Source: an uncultured delta proteobacterium
GTDB lineage: Bacteria; Desulfobacterota; Binatia; Binatales; Binataceae
Direction: 5' to 3'
Assembly (NCBI GenBank): GCA_963711565.1
Contig: CAVQEQ010000002.1
Span: forward strand, 128,001-192,000
Length of the DNA stretch: 64,000 nucleotides
Shown one piece after another: positions 39,508 through 49,869 of this stretch. The notes beneath the pieces were generated by a model. That model was given only the letters and a program-made list of their open reading frames with translations. It ran no database searches and was not told where the DNA came from. How positions within the stretch are numbered: the first letter of the stretch is position 1; every line of letters starts with the position of its first letter. Both the position numbers and the translations under genes were made by a program.

Positions 39508-40752
39508 TCAGGAGCCGGCGTCGGCTGCCCATTTCGGGGCGCGCACCTCGACTCCGGGCCGCGAACCCTCGACCCGAATCTGATGCGGCCGGGCGCCGCC
39601 GGCTGACGCGTAGCGCACAGTGTATTGCTCGCGCAGCTCAGCCGAAATGCTTTGGAAGTGAGCATCGAGCGCGGACATATCGGTCACGCGGGGATTCATT
39701 ACAAAGGTTGTTGCCCCGGTTTCATCGCTCAAGCTTTGCAACGTGGCCGCATCCACCCGCTCGTCCTCGCCGCCACTCGTTTGATGCCTGCGACCGAACC
39801 GCATCCCACCGCCACCGAACATCGGCGTAATCGTCATTGGACTCGTTCCCATCGACGACCCACCGGTCGTGCCGAGACCTACGGTATAGATCAGAACTCC
39901 AGCTCGGCGCGCAGCTTGAATGGCGTCGTTGAGTGAGTTCGAGCTCTTGTTGTCCATCCCGTCGGTCATCACCAGCAGCGCCTTCTTGGGCCATCGACCT
40001 TGTTCGACCTTCTGGAGCCCCTGCACCACCGCATCATACAGCGCGGTTTCGCCATTGGCATGGAGGATCCCGATCGCGCGGTCCAGAGCCGCGGGATCGT
40101 CGGTGAAGTCCTGCAGCAGGAAAGTGCGGTCGGAAAACGCTATTAGAAAGGCCTGGTCGCTCGGATTCAGGGTCCGAACGAAGTGCTGAAGGGCGGCTTC
40201 GGCGGCCGCCAGCTTCCACGACATGCTGCCACTGGTGTCAACCACGATACCGATACTTACAGGCATGTCGATATCGCGCTGAAGACCGAGAACCGGTCGC
40301 TGGATTCCATCTTCATAGACGGTGAGGTCCTGCTTGCGGAGGTCCTGAATCCATCGCCCGGTGTCGTCGGTGGCCGTGACCTGAATTCTGCCCACGGTGG
40401 TTTGCGGCTGGCGCTCAGAAGTCGGCACTTCGAGCGTGCCTTCCTGACCCTGTGGCCGGGGCAATTCCTCGGCTGGCGGCGGTGACGATTGCGGAGCGGC
40501 TTGCGGTAAGGTGAGAGTCTGATCGGGCGCTCCCTGAGTTGGCGCCTGCGGAACATACCGAGGCGGGAGATTTTGCAATTGCGACGCCTGCGCAGTCTCG
40601 ATTGCCGGAGCAGCGATTTGTTGCGGCGCCGGATAATCGATCATCGGAATTGGGTTGGAAGCAGCCGCTTTCGTGACCAAAGCAGGCAACATTGCCAATG
40701 CGATCACGACGGCCGCGATCGCAACTGACCGAACATAGATTTCTCGATTCAT
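39508..40752 (-). CDS. Secreted VWA-domain protein
   Basis: Signal peptide, Pro/Gln linker, MIDAS motif DTSGS, GETALYDA, MTDGMD and ELREQY. Confidence 0.88.
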   Translation of the reverse strand: MNREIYVRSVAIAAVVIALAMLPALVTKAAASNPIPMIDYPAPQQIAAPAIETAQASQLQNLPPRYVPQAPTQGAPDQTLTLPQAAPQSSPPPAEELPRPQGQEGTLEVPTSERQPQTTVGRIQVTATDDTGRWIQDLRKQDLTVYEDGIQRPVLGLQRDIDMPVSIGIVVDTSGSMSWKLAAAEAALQHFVRTLNPSDQAFLIAFSDRTFLLQDFTDDPAALDRAIGILHANGETALYDAVVQGLQKVEQGRWPKKALLVMTDGMDNKSSNSLNDAIQAARRAGVLIYTVGLGTTGGSSMGTSPMTITPMFGGGGMRFGRRHQTSGGEDERVDAATLQSLSDETGATTFVMNPRVTDMSALDAHFQSISAELREQYTVRYASAGGARPHQIRVEGSRPGVEVRAPKWAADAGS

Positions 40753-41014
40753 CTTCTTCTGCCCCGGAAAACCATGGAGCAGCAGCTACCGTCTTCTAAG
40801 ACGTAGTGACCCGGACTTTGGTTTCCGGAAAAGGCGAAGATCAGGCGGTAGTTTGGCCAAGAGGTGAAGACCGTCCAATGAGTGCCGAGGGTTGTAACCA
40901 GCCCCTCCTCACTCGACGTAACCGGAATTCAGCGTCGCCGTACTTGTGATGAATCAATGCATCCGGCCCTGAGTTTTCACCTGGCGAGCGCCTGTGTATC
41001 GAGGAAAAACTAAA

Positions 41015-41515
41015 ATGCGCCTGGCTCCAGTCGCCGCTATATTGCTCGCGGCGATGATCTTTGCCGCAGGATGTGGTCTCCCCTACCAGGCGGCTTCTGC
41101 ATATCGAGCAAACGAAATGGCGAGAGAGCTGAAGCCGGGAGACACGATAGCGCAAGTTCAGCAAAAGTTCGGCGAACCTGACATCGAAGACAGACCCAAC
41201 GACCGGACCGAAATCTGGAGTTACGCGAAGCATGCAAATAGCGACGATGTCGCCGCCGAAATCCTTTACACATCGGCAAAAGCCGGCGACAAAGGAACTT
41301 TTGAAGATTTGAAATTCGCCGATGGACGCCTGGTCTCGTGGGACGAGGCTCAGCACACCATGCCGTACAAGGAACGCTCGGGGTTGACGACGACGCTGAG
41401 TTACGGAAGTCACGGTGGTCGCAGCGAAACTGGGCAGGGTGGCAACGCGTCTTCTGAACCGTCAGGTTCCTCGACTCCGACCGGTCCGACGACCCCGTTT
41501 TCAGTTACCTTTTAG
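41015..41515 (+). CDS. Lipoprotein with SmpA/BamE-like domain
   Basis: Lipobox FAAGC and LKPGDTIAQVQQKFGEP...EIWSY. Confidence 0.65.
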   Translation: MRLAPVAAILLAAMIFAAGCGLPYQAASAYRANEMARELKPGDTIAQVQQKFGEPDIEDRPNDRTEIWSYAKHANSDDVAAEILYTSAKAGDKGTFEDLKFADGRLVSWDEAQHTMPYKERSGLTTTLSYGSHGGRSETGQGGNASSEPSGSSTPTGPTTPFSVTF

Positions 41516-41549
41516 ATATATCCGGGAACCGCAAAGTACTTGATTTTAC

Positions 41550-41626
41550 TGGTGGAGCTGACGCGGATCGAACGCGCGACCTCCTGAATGCCATTCAGGC
41601 GCTCTCCCAAACTGAGCTACAGCCCC
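41550..41626 (-). tRNA. tRNA-Ala (GGC)
   Basis: GGGGCTGTAGCTCAGTTTGGGAGAGCG-CCTGA-ATGGCAT-TCAGG-AGGTCGCGCGTTCGATCCGCGTCAGCTCCACCA: cloverleaf, G3:U70 pair and encoded CCA. Confidence 0.97.
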
Positions 41627-41697
41627 ACCGCAGGCGAGATTTTTCAGCTAACCGGATACTGCCCATGGAGTCAACCGACCAGCGGAACGCGGTGACC

Positions 41698-42243
41698 TCA
41701 CTTCAGCTTCTTCCGCCATTCGGTCCAATTGACCTCCCTCGACTCGATGACCTCCAGGTCGGCGAGCGCGATCTGATCGGTGAACAGGATCAGGTTGTTG
41801 CACGACCAGCGAGCGTTCGGGGCGATAATGCTGTCGAACCCGAGGAAATAAGCTGCATCGCCGATTGCCTGAGTCGGTTCGTAAAGGATCTCGCGGTATC
41901 GGACGGGATCGACACCGAGCGGAACCATCGCTTCCAAGTCCGGAAGCCTGAGAGTCTTTACCGTCTTGACCCTGATGCGATGCAATCCGTGTCTGATCCT
42001 CGAGGGAAAGACCGGTTGGCGTGACAGGTGAAAGTGAACCTCTGCTACGGCTCCGTCCGCGGCCAGGGAAGTGTACAGTACGTCGAACAAAGTGGGATCC
42101 CATCGTCCACCAGAAGAACTTCCCTGCAAAGGATCCCGGCCGTCGCGTACAACCCGCCACGTCTCCCCGGCGTATGGCACTCTAGCGAAGACATCGAGCG
42201 CGTCCAGCAGTGCGGGATCGCGCGGCTTCCGTGCCCCCGGCAT
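41698..42243 (-). CDS. RES-domain toxin
   Basis: WRVV, GGRWD, VLYTSL...AEV and TQAIGDAAYFLGFDSIIAP. Confidence 0.88.
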   Translation of the reverse strand: MPGARKPRDPALLDALDVFARVPYAGETWRVVRDGRDPLQGSSSGGRWDPTLFDVLYTSLAADGAVAEVHFHLSRQPVFPSRIRHGLHRIRVKTVKTLRLPDLEAMVPLGVDPVRYREILYEPTQAIGDAAYFLGFDSIIAPNARWSCNNLILFTDQIALADLEVIESREVNWTEWRKKLK

Positions 42244-42263
42244 CGCGGTTCAAGCCCGAGCAA

Positions 42264-42602
42264 TCATAGGTAGGCGCCGGCGTCGAGTCGTTCGATAACG
42301 GCGAGAACCTCCTGTGTTCGTTCGGCGATGATGAGGTCGATCGCGCGCTCATTGTTAAGCAGCGGATGTTTCGCATGAAGCCATAGCCGAGTTTCGTCTG
42401 GCGTATAGAAGTCAGACAGCCGATCGACGACATAGCGCAGGTTGGCGATGATGGTCTGGGTCGCCAGCGGCGGCGAGGCCTTACCGCTCTTCCATCGCGA
42501 CACACTCGGTCGCGACGCATTGACTATGTTTGCAACGTCGGAGCCCTTGAGTCCCCCCCGCTGCTCAAGGTCGCTAAGGATTCGGGCTACCGCGCTCTTC
42601 AT
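42264..42602 (-). CDS. Xre/MbcA/ParS-type antitoxin
   Basis: HTH VANIVNASRPSVSRWKSG plus WLHAKHPLLNNERAIDLI, directly upstream of the RES gene. Confidence 0.88.
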   Translation of the reverse strand: MKSAVARILSDLEQRGGLKGSDVANIVNASRPSVSRWKSGKASPPLATQTIIANLRYVVDRLSDFYTPDETRLWLHAKHPLLNNERAIDLIIAERTQEVLAVIERLDAGAYL

Positions 42603-42782
42603 GAGACAACTAGCCTTTTGCTTCGGCCGTTTGGCCGCCGATCGGCTCGGGCTTGGGCGCTAAATAGCTAATTTCGGCGCTCATATTCAGATATATTTAC
42701 ATGTTGCATTAATGTTTCGCAAGAGGTGCTACGTGAAACAGAATTGCATCCACCTTGGTGGGCGCGCTCGCATCACAAACAC

Positions 42783-43883
42783 TCAATCAAAGCCGTAAAG
42801 CGCGGCGACGTTGTCCGACGTCATGAGGCGGCGCTCGTCGTCGGGGACACCTTCAAAGTCGCGCGCTATTACCTCGAGCGAATTCGGCCAGGTCGAGTCC
42901 GAATGCGGGAAGTCCGACCCCCACATCAGGCTTTTTATACCGATGAAATGCCGCGTCACGACGCCGACGCGATCGTCCTGAAAAGTTGCCGCGACCTGCC
43001 GCCGAAAATAGTAGCTCGGCGGATTCGTAATCGTCTCCTTTTCGAGGTAGCGATACTTCTCAAACGAGTGGTCGAGGCGCTGGAGAAAATGCGGAATCCA
43101 TCCGATATCATTTTCGACCGATACCAATCTGAGGTTGGGGAAGCGTTCGAGCACGCCGGCAAAAATGATCTCAGTCAGCGATCGCTCGACTGAATGATGC
43201 AATGCCGGGTAGCCTTTCATCACGCTCAGAAAATCGCTGCCGCCACGCCGCTCGGTCAGGATGTGCAGGCTGATCGGCGTTCCGAGATCGTGCGCCGCCG
43301 CCCAAAATGGATCGTATGACGGGTCGCTGTAAGGGCGCTCTGCCGGCGCCGCACCCCATATCATCGCGCCGCGTAGACCCTTGTTCGCCGCGCGCCGCAG
43401 CTCCTCGACTCCTTGGCGCGGATCGTCGAGCGAGACCATCGCGACTCCCGCCAGGCGCCGCGGGCTGTGCGCGCAATAGTCGGCCAGCCAATCGTTGTAC
43501 GCGCGAAAGCAGGCAGCGCGCAGCTCGCCGTCTTCCATTTGAAAAAGGCGCATCCCGAGACTGGGATACAGCACCTCGCCTGAGACGCCGTCGCGCTCCT
43601 GGTCTTTGATTCGCAGTTCGGGATCCCACGCGCTCGGTCGGACGCCCGGGTAGCCGCCCGCCATCTTCTCGGCAAAGTCCTTCGGATCGACACCGGCGAC
43701 GGCGAACCCGGCGACCGGGAATGGGCGTAGTCCCTCGCCGACGAAGAAATCGCCTTCGCGGCTACCGGCGTGCTTGATGACGCGCGGCGCGCGGTCGAGA
43801 AAGCGCTTGTCGATTCGCGAGGTCCAAACGTCGGCCGGTTCGATCACGTGTGAATCCGCCGACAAGATTTTGTGCGCATCCAT
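42783..43883 (-). CDS. Amidohydrolase_2-family metallohydrolase
   Basis: SADSHVIEP, EVLYPS, YNDWLAD and MWGSDFPHSD. Confidence 0.9.
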   Translation of the reverse strand: MDAHKILSADSHVIEPADVWTSRIDKRFLDRAPRVIKHAGSREGDFFVGEGLRPFPVAGFAVAGVDPKDFAEKMAGGYPGVRPSAWDPELRIKDQERDGVSGEVLYPSLGMRLFQMEDGELRAACFRAYNDWLADYCAHSPRRLAGVAMVSLDDPRQGVEELRRAANKGLRGAMIWGAAPAERPYSDPSYDPFWAAAHDLGTPISLHILTERRGGSDFLSVMKGYPALHHSVERSLTEIIFAGVLERFPNLRLVSVENDIGWIPHFLQRLDHSFEKYRYLEKETITNPPSYYFRRQVAATFQDDRVGVVTRHFIGIKSLMWGSDFPHSDSTWPNSLEVIARDFEGVPDDERRLMTSDNVAALYGFD

Positions 43884-43961
43884 CTCCGAGGGCCCTCCTC
43901 TCACTAGAGCGCAAGCCTGATCGCCGTTTAGCGCCGTTGGCGAATCGGCGTCAAGCGCTCG

Positions 43962-45658
43962 CTATTCGCGGGCGCGATCGAGCAGTTCGCGCGCGGCGCG
44001 GCGGAATTTTTCGGACACTTCGCCGCCAAGCATCCGCGCGATCTCCTCGGTACGATCGCCGGGTTCCAAAACCGCAACGCGGCTCCGGGTCGAACCGCGC
44101 CGCTCCTCTTTTTCGACGGTGAGATGACGATCAGCGTACACCGCGATTTGCGCTAGGTGCGTAACGCACAGTATCTGGTGAAAGCGCGAGAGCTGTTTGA
44201 GCTTGCGACCAACCACCTGGGCGACTGCGCCGCCGATGCCGGCGTCCACTTCGTCGAAAATCATCGTCGCGACGCCGCGGCGCTGCGCCTCGAGGCGCTT
44301 GAGCGCGAGCATCACGCGCGAGAGCTCGCCGCCTGACGCGATTCTCAGCAACGGCATCGCAGGCTGGCCGACGTTCGGCGACAGGTGAAACTCGACGGTA
44401 TCGATTCCGAAGGGACCGAGCGTGGCCTCACTGTGCACGAAGCCGGCTTCGTCCGGGCCGAGCGCGCCGAGCCGCGGCTCGAAACCCGGCGAGCGCATTC
44501 CGAGCGACTTCAATTCGGCTTCCATCTTGCGGCCCAGATCGGCGGCAGCGCGCCGGCGAATCGAGGACAGTTTATTGGCATGCGCGGCGAGTTCGTCGAG
44601 CGCCGCCGTCATCGCGGCTTCGACCTGGGCCTTCGACTCGCCGATTCCCTCGAGCTCGCTAATCTCGGCCCGCGATCGCTCCAACGTCTCAATCGCAGTG
44701 TCGATTGAGCCGCCGTACTTGCGCTTGAGCCGCGTCAGCTCCTGGAGGCGGTTGTCGATTTCCTCGAGACGAGCGGGATCCGCCTCGATTTTCGATGCGT
44801 ACGCGCCGAGCGTGCGCGCCGCTTCCTCGAGGTTCGCGCGGGCGGACTTGATCATGTCGAGTGCGTCGCCGAGTTTCGGATCGAGCGCTGCCGCTTCGAC
44901 CAGGCGCGCCTCGGCTCGCGAAACCGTATCGGTCGCCGCGCCGTCATCGCCGTAGAGCGCCTGCTCGGTCTCGAGTGCGGCACTGGCGAGCTTGCTGGCG
45001 TTGGAAAGCACGGTTCGCTCGCGCGATAACGCTTCATCCTCGCCGGCGATGAGGCCGGCGCGCTCGAGTTCGGTCGCGCGGAACCTTGCGAGCTCGAGCA
45101 AATTCGCTCGTTCACGCTCGCGCTGATTCAGATCCTGTAGGCGGAATTGGATTTCTTCCGCGCTCGCGTACCGTTCTCGATAGGACGCGAGTTCGTCGTC
45201 AAGGTTTGCGTAACGATCGAGGATCTCGCGATGGCTCTCGGCGCGCAGCAGCGAATGCTGCTCGTGCTGTCCATAGACCTGGACCAGCGACGCGCCAATC
45301 TTGCCGAGGATTTGCACGGTCGCGAGTTCGCCGTCGATCGTCACGCGTGAGCGTCCACCGCCCTCCGCGATCACTCTGCGGACCAACAACTCGCGGCGGC
45401 CGCCCTCGCCTTTGCGCGCGGCCAGCTCAGGCATCGCGGCCTCTCCCTCGAGCTCGAACAGCCCCTCGACGACCGCGTCCTTCTCGCCCGCGCGAATCAT
45501 ATCGGGCGACGCGCGCGAGCCGAGCAGCAACCCGAGCGCGTTCAGGATAATCGTTTTGCCCGCGCCGGTCTCGCCTGAGAGCACGTTGAGGCCGCGCCGA
45601 ATTCGAGACGAGCTTCCTCGATGATCGCGAAGTTGCGTATGTTCAATTCAAGGAGCAT
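43962..45658 (-). CDS. recN: DNA repair protein RecN (apparent 1-bp frameshift near 45594)
   Basis: MLLELNIRNFAIIE from 45658 shifts frame into GLNVLSGETGAGKT; also ASGGELSR, FDEVDAGIGG and VTHLAQIA. Confidence 0.9.
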
Positions 45659-45673
45659 CGGGAAAGCGCGCGG

Positions 45674-46540
45674 CTATCCCCAGTGGAGCTTGTCGCGCCA
45701 GATTTCGAAATACGGATGGGCGGAGCGGATCAGGGAGACGACATGGCGGGCGCGATGAATCCTGATGATGTCGGCCGGTCCCAGTTGCGCCGACTCCTGG
45801 CCGTCAACGGTGAAAGTCGTGTCATGATCCGGCGCCTTGACGTGAATCTCAATATGATAGGTGTCCGGCAGCACCACGGGACGGTTGCTCAGAGTATGCG
45901 GGCAAATCGGCGCGAGCACGATTGCGTTGAGCGTGGGATAAACGATTGGCCCGCCGGCTGCGAGCGCGTATGCGGTCGAGCCGGTGGGAGTCGCGACGAT
46001 CAATCCGTCGGCGCGGTAGGAACAGAAGGGCGTGTGGTTGGCGAACACGTCGAGCTCGAGCATCCTGCCCAGTGGCCCTTTGCCGACCACCACGTCGTTG
46101 AATGCCTGAAACGTCTGCGCGATTTCTTCGGACGAGCGTTCGATGATTGCTTGGAGCATGATGCGCCGATCGACCTCGTAGTCGCCGTCGAGCACGCGTT
46201 CCAGCGCGGCTCGCGCCTCCTTGATGGTCACTTCGGTCAGGAAGCCGAGGCCGCCAAGATTTACCCCGATGATTGGAATTCCCTTCGAGGCGACCAGCCG
46301 CGCGACGCCGAGCAGCGTGCCGTCGCCGCCGAGCACCACGATCAGGTCAGCGCGGTCAGCGAGGTGATGTCGTTCGACCTCTTCGGCGCCGATCTTTTTC
46401 GCGGTTTCCGAGTCCGCGAGCGGAATCTTATGCTTGCTCCGCAGGAAGCGGGTCAGGATTCGCGCAATTTTGATAGCCTCAGGCCGCTCGCGCTTGACGA
46501 CCAGCCCGACTGTCTTTATGGACCGCTTCGCCGACGCCAT
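45674..46540 (-). CDS. nadK: NAD kinase
   Basis: GGDGT, GVNLGGLGFL and DGLIVATPTGSTAY; adjacent to recN. Confidence 0.95.
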   Translation of the reverse strand: MASAKRSIKTVGLVVKRERPEAIKIARILTRFLRSKHKIPLADSETAKKIGAEEVERHHLADRADLIVVLGGDGTLLGVARLVASKGIPIIGVNLGGLGFLTEVTIKEARAALERVLDGDYEVDRRIMLQAIIERSSEEIAQTFQAFNDVVVGKGPLGRMLELDVFANHTPFCSYRADGLIVATPTGSTAYALAAGGPIVYPTLNAIVLAPICPHTLSNRPVVLPDTYHIEIHVKAPDHDTTFTVDGQESAQLGPADIIRIHRARHVVSLIRSAHPYFEIWRDKLHWG

Positions 46541-46603
46541 CAGATGCTCATCATGCGCCGAAATCCGGGGTGACGCGAAAGCAATGAAGGCGCATGCTCA
46601 GTC

Positions 46604-47011
46604 TCACTGAGGGATCCTGGGAATCGTGTACTTGGTGACACCCGCGGGCGGATTTTCCTTACCGTATATGATGGCGACCGAATCGATGTAGTAGCCGGTG
46701 GCGTCTTCGGTAGTCTGCGCCCGGCTGGTGAGTACGATGATCGCATCCGCGCCGGTTTCGCAGGCCTTGCGCTGCACGGCGGGCAGCACGTCGGCCTCAC
46801 TCGCATAACGGTTTCCCATTGCCTCGACGATCGCGACCTTGCGAAAGTCTCTCAGCGGCTCGTGCCGCAACACCGGCATGTTGCAATCAGGCGGCTTGGC
46901 GGCGCGGCCGGAAGGCTCCACTTCGGAAAGCGTGACCTGCGGCGGCAGCGCAACGTGAGCGCATCCGGCAGCGGCAATCGTCGCCACTAATATGATGATC
47001 GCGATTCGCAC
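46604..47011 (-). CDS. Hypothetical lipoprotein
   Basis: Lipobox AAAGC and ACETGADAIIV. Confidence 0.65.
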   Translation of the reverse strand: MRIAIIILVATIAAAGCAHVALPPQVTLSEVEPSGRAAKPPDCNMPVLRHEPLRDFRKVAIVEAMGNRYASEADVLPAVQRKACETGADAIIVLTSRAQTTEDATGYYIDSVAIIYGKENPPAGVTKYTIPRIPQ

Positions 47012-47362
47012 GAATAATGAAGTATCCGCCGAAGGGCATCGCGGGCAAGAGCGGCTGCGCGAATGGTACTGGCCGAAATTAAGACATCAATGAACGTGCG
47101 CTTTGAGAACGTCGAAAATGAGCGACCAAGCTTTGTCGATTACGCAGCCTCGCACCGAGCATATACGCCGTACGTCTCTAGGATGGCCTCTATCGAGACA
47201 CTCGCTGCCGCCGAGCGAAGGGGCTTCGGCTCCGCGCCAGATACAGAGGGTGGAAGGCCCGACGCTGTTCCGGCCTTTTGCTTTCTGGTAGATCACGTTC
47301 AATGAAGCCCTAAGACGCAGCCGCCCTCGCGCTCGTGGGCTGGAATAGCAACGAGGGTTCGT

Positions 47363-47809
47363 ATGTCTACCGACGCTCCCCGCGCTTACGAGTCAGCGCT
47401 CAATCGCGATGAGTGGCGGGCATTGCGGCGTATCCGCAACCTGCAACTTGTGGCCCTGTGCGCTAGCGTCTGCGCGTTTGCTGGTATTCTAGTCTGCATT
47501 GGCGCTCAGCTTCTCGACTTCAAGACGATGGCGCTGACCGGAAGAGCGTACTTATTTTCGAGTTCGGACCTCATCTCGTGGATTGGACTCGCAGTCTTCA
47601 TTCTTGGCAATGCCGGATTCGTAATCGCGGTCGGCGCGCTCGACCGCTCGTTGTGCCCGCGATGCCATCGCAAATTCTTCGGCCGACCGGAGGGCCCGAA
47701 ATCTGCGCAAACGGCACGCCGTCAGATGAAAAGACTCACCGGCTATTGGTCACAGCGCTGCGCCAACTGTGATCTAAGCTTGGGGCTTGTGATGCTCCCT
47801 GCACCTTAA
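47363..47809 (+). CDS. Hypothetical two-TM protein with zinc ribbon
   Basis: Two hydrophobic segments, CPRC...CANC and a GAGG RBS. Confidence 0.55.
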   Translation: MSTDAPRAYESALNRDEWRALRRIRNLQLVALCASVCAFAGILVCIGAQLLDFKTMALTGRAYLFSSSDLISWIGLAVFILGNAGFVIAVGALDRSLCPRCHRKFFGRPEGPKSAQTARRQMKRLTGYWSQRCANCDLSLGLVMLPAP

Positions 47810-47966
47810 GGGAAACTAAGACACTGCCAATTTCAAATTCAGCCACTCAGCCCCGGAGCTAAGACCACACCGCGCGAATTTCGCCGCTCGCTTTGGGCGT
47901 TCTTTCATATAAGATCGCGATGCGCTGGCGTGCACAAAACTCGGCGCGTAAAGGCGGCATCTCACG

Positions 47967-48842
47967 ATGGCAAATACCGGCAAACCCAGTCGTCCAATGC
48001 TCGGTGCGCATATGTCGATCGCCGGAGAAGTCGGCGAGGCGCTGATTCGGGGCAAGCAGGTCGGCTGCGAGTGTATCCAGATTTTCACCAAGTCGTCGCG
48101 ACAGTGGGCCTCCAAGCCGTATACGAAAGAGGAAATCGAACACTTCAAACGAAATCAAATTGAAACCGGCATCGGCAACGTAATCGCGCACGATTCGTAC
48201 CTCGTGAATCTCGGCGCGCCCGATGACGCGATGCGGCTCAAGTCGGTAAAGGGATTTATCGACGAGCTGCATCGATGCGAGGCCCTGGGCGTGCCGATTC
48301 TCGTCACGCATCCGGGCGCTCATGTCGGCTCGGGCATCGAGAATGGCATCAAGATGATCGCGAAATCGATCGACGAGGCGCACGCCGCATCCAAAGGCTT
48401 CAAGGTCAAGATCGCGCTGGAAATAACGGCGGGTCAGGGGAGCAATCTCGGCCATACGTTCGAGCAGATGTCGCAGATTTTTGACGCCGTGGTCGAGAAT
48501 GAACGTCTGCGGCTATGCTTCGACACTGAGCACGCGTTCGCCGCCGGCTACGACATTCGCACTCCTGAAGGATATGAAAATACATTCGGCGAGCTCGATA
48601 AATTCGTAGGCCTCAAGAAACTTGCCGCCTTCCACCTGAACGATTCGATCAAGGATTTCAACTCGCACGTCGATCGCCATCAGCATATCGGTAAAGGATT
48701 CATCGGACTCGATGCGTTTCGCCGGCTGCTGAACGACGAACGATTCTTCGGACTGCCGATGTGTCTCGAGACGCCCAAGGGACCTGAAATGAACGAAGAT
48801 ATCGAGAACCTCGCAACATTACGTAGTCTATTCAAAAACTGA
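47967..48842 (+). CDS. nfo: Endonuclease IV
   Basis: [36 protein letters not shown] and DRHQHIG. Confidence 0.95.
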   Translation: MANTGKPSRPMLGAHMSIAGEVGEALIRGKQVGCECIQIFTKSSRQWASKPYTKEEIEHFKRNQIETGIGNVIAHDSYLVNLGAPDDAMRLKSVKGFIDELHRCEALGVPILVTHPGAHVGSGIENGIKMIAKSIDEAHAASKGFKVKIALEITAGQGSNLGHTFEQMSQIFDAVVENERLRLCFDTEHAFAAGYDIRTPEGYENTFGELDKFVGLKKLAAFHLNDSIKDFNSHVDRHQHIGKGFIGLDAFRRLLNDERFFGLPMCLETPKGPEMNEDIENLATLRSLFKN

Positions 48843-48852
48843 CTATTTACTG

Positions 48853-49851
48853 ATGATAAAAAGAATACTCACTGGAGACCGGCCGACTTCAGCGTTGCAT
48901 CTGGGTCACTATGTAGGATCGCTGCAGAATCGAGTACGCCTTCAGGAAGAATACGATACCTACTTACTAATCGCCGATATTCAGGCGCTGACCGACAACT
49001 TCGAGCATCCCGAGAAACTCGAAGCGAACATCTTCGAGGTCGCGCTCGACTGGCTGGCGGTCGGCATCGATCCGAACAAGGCGAAATTCGTCGTGCAATC
49101 GATGGTGCCGGAACTGACCGAGCTGACGATTTATTTCATGAACCTGGTCACGACGGCCACGCTCGAACGCAATCCGACCCTCAAGGAAGAAATAAAGCAG
49201 AAGAATTTCAGCAAGGGCCTGCCGGTAGGTTTCTACACGTATCCGATTTCACAGGCTTCGGACATCACGATCTTCAAGGCGCATCTCGTGCCGGTCGGCG
49301 AAGACCAGCTACCGATGATCGAGCAGGCGCGCGAGATCGTGCGGCGCTTCAATCGCATGTACGACAAGGTTCTCATCGAACCAAAGGCGCTCGTCGGCGA
49401 AGTGGCGCGGCTGCCGGGAACGGATGGCGGCGCGAAGATGGGCAAGTCGCTCGGCAATTGCATCTACCTGGGCGACCCGCCCGACGCCGTGCGCAAGCGC
49501 GTCATGTCGATGTACACCGATCCGACGCGGCTGCATCCGACGGATCCCGGCCACGTCGAGGGCAATCCTGTTTTCACGTACCTCGACGTGTTCGATCCGA
49601 ATAAGGCGGAAGTCGACGACCTGAAGGAACGCTATCGCAAGGGCACGGTCGGCAACGTCGAGGTCAAGGAGAAGCTGTTCAAGGAGTTGAACGCTTTCCT
49701 AGAACCGATTCGCGAGCGGCGCGAACAGTTCGCATCGAAGCCGGCGCACGTCCGCGAAATAATCGTCGAGGGCACGCGCAAAGGACGCGCCGTCGCGCAG
49801 GAGACGATGGCGGAAGTGCGTAGCGCAATGAAGATCAGCTACAAGTTCTGA
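48853..49851 (+). CDS. trpS: Tryptophan--tRNA ligase
   Basis: TGDRPT, HLGH, PVGEDQ and KMGKS. Confidence 0.95.
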   Translation: MIKRILTGDRPTSALHLGHYVGSLQNRVRLQEEYDTYLLIADIQALTDNFEHPEKLEANIFEVALDWLAVGIDPNKAKFVVQSMVPELTELTIYFMNLVTTATLERNPTLKEEIKQKNFSKGLPVGFYTYPISQASDITIFKAHLVPVGEDQLPMIEQAREIVRRFNRMYDKVLIEPKALVGEVARLPGTDGGAKMGKSLGNCIYLGDPPDAVRKRVMSMYTDPTRLHPTDPGHVEGNPVFTYLDVFDPNKAEVDDLKERYRKGTVGNVEVKEKLFKELNAFLEPIRERREQFASKPAHVREIIVEGTRKGRAVAQETMAEVRSAMKISYKF

Positions 49852-49869
49852 TTTCTCGGATGCACCTTC

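Noticed and set aside
47012-47362. Short ORFs in the gap between the lipoprotein and the zinc-ribbon gene
   Set aside because: No motifs, RBS or host-like codon bias; cannot be supported
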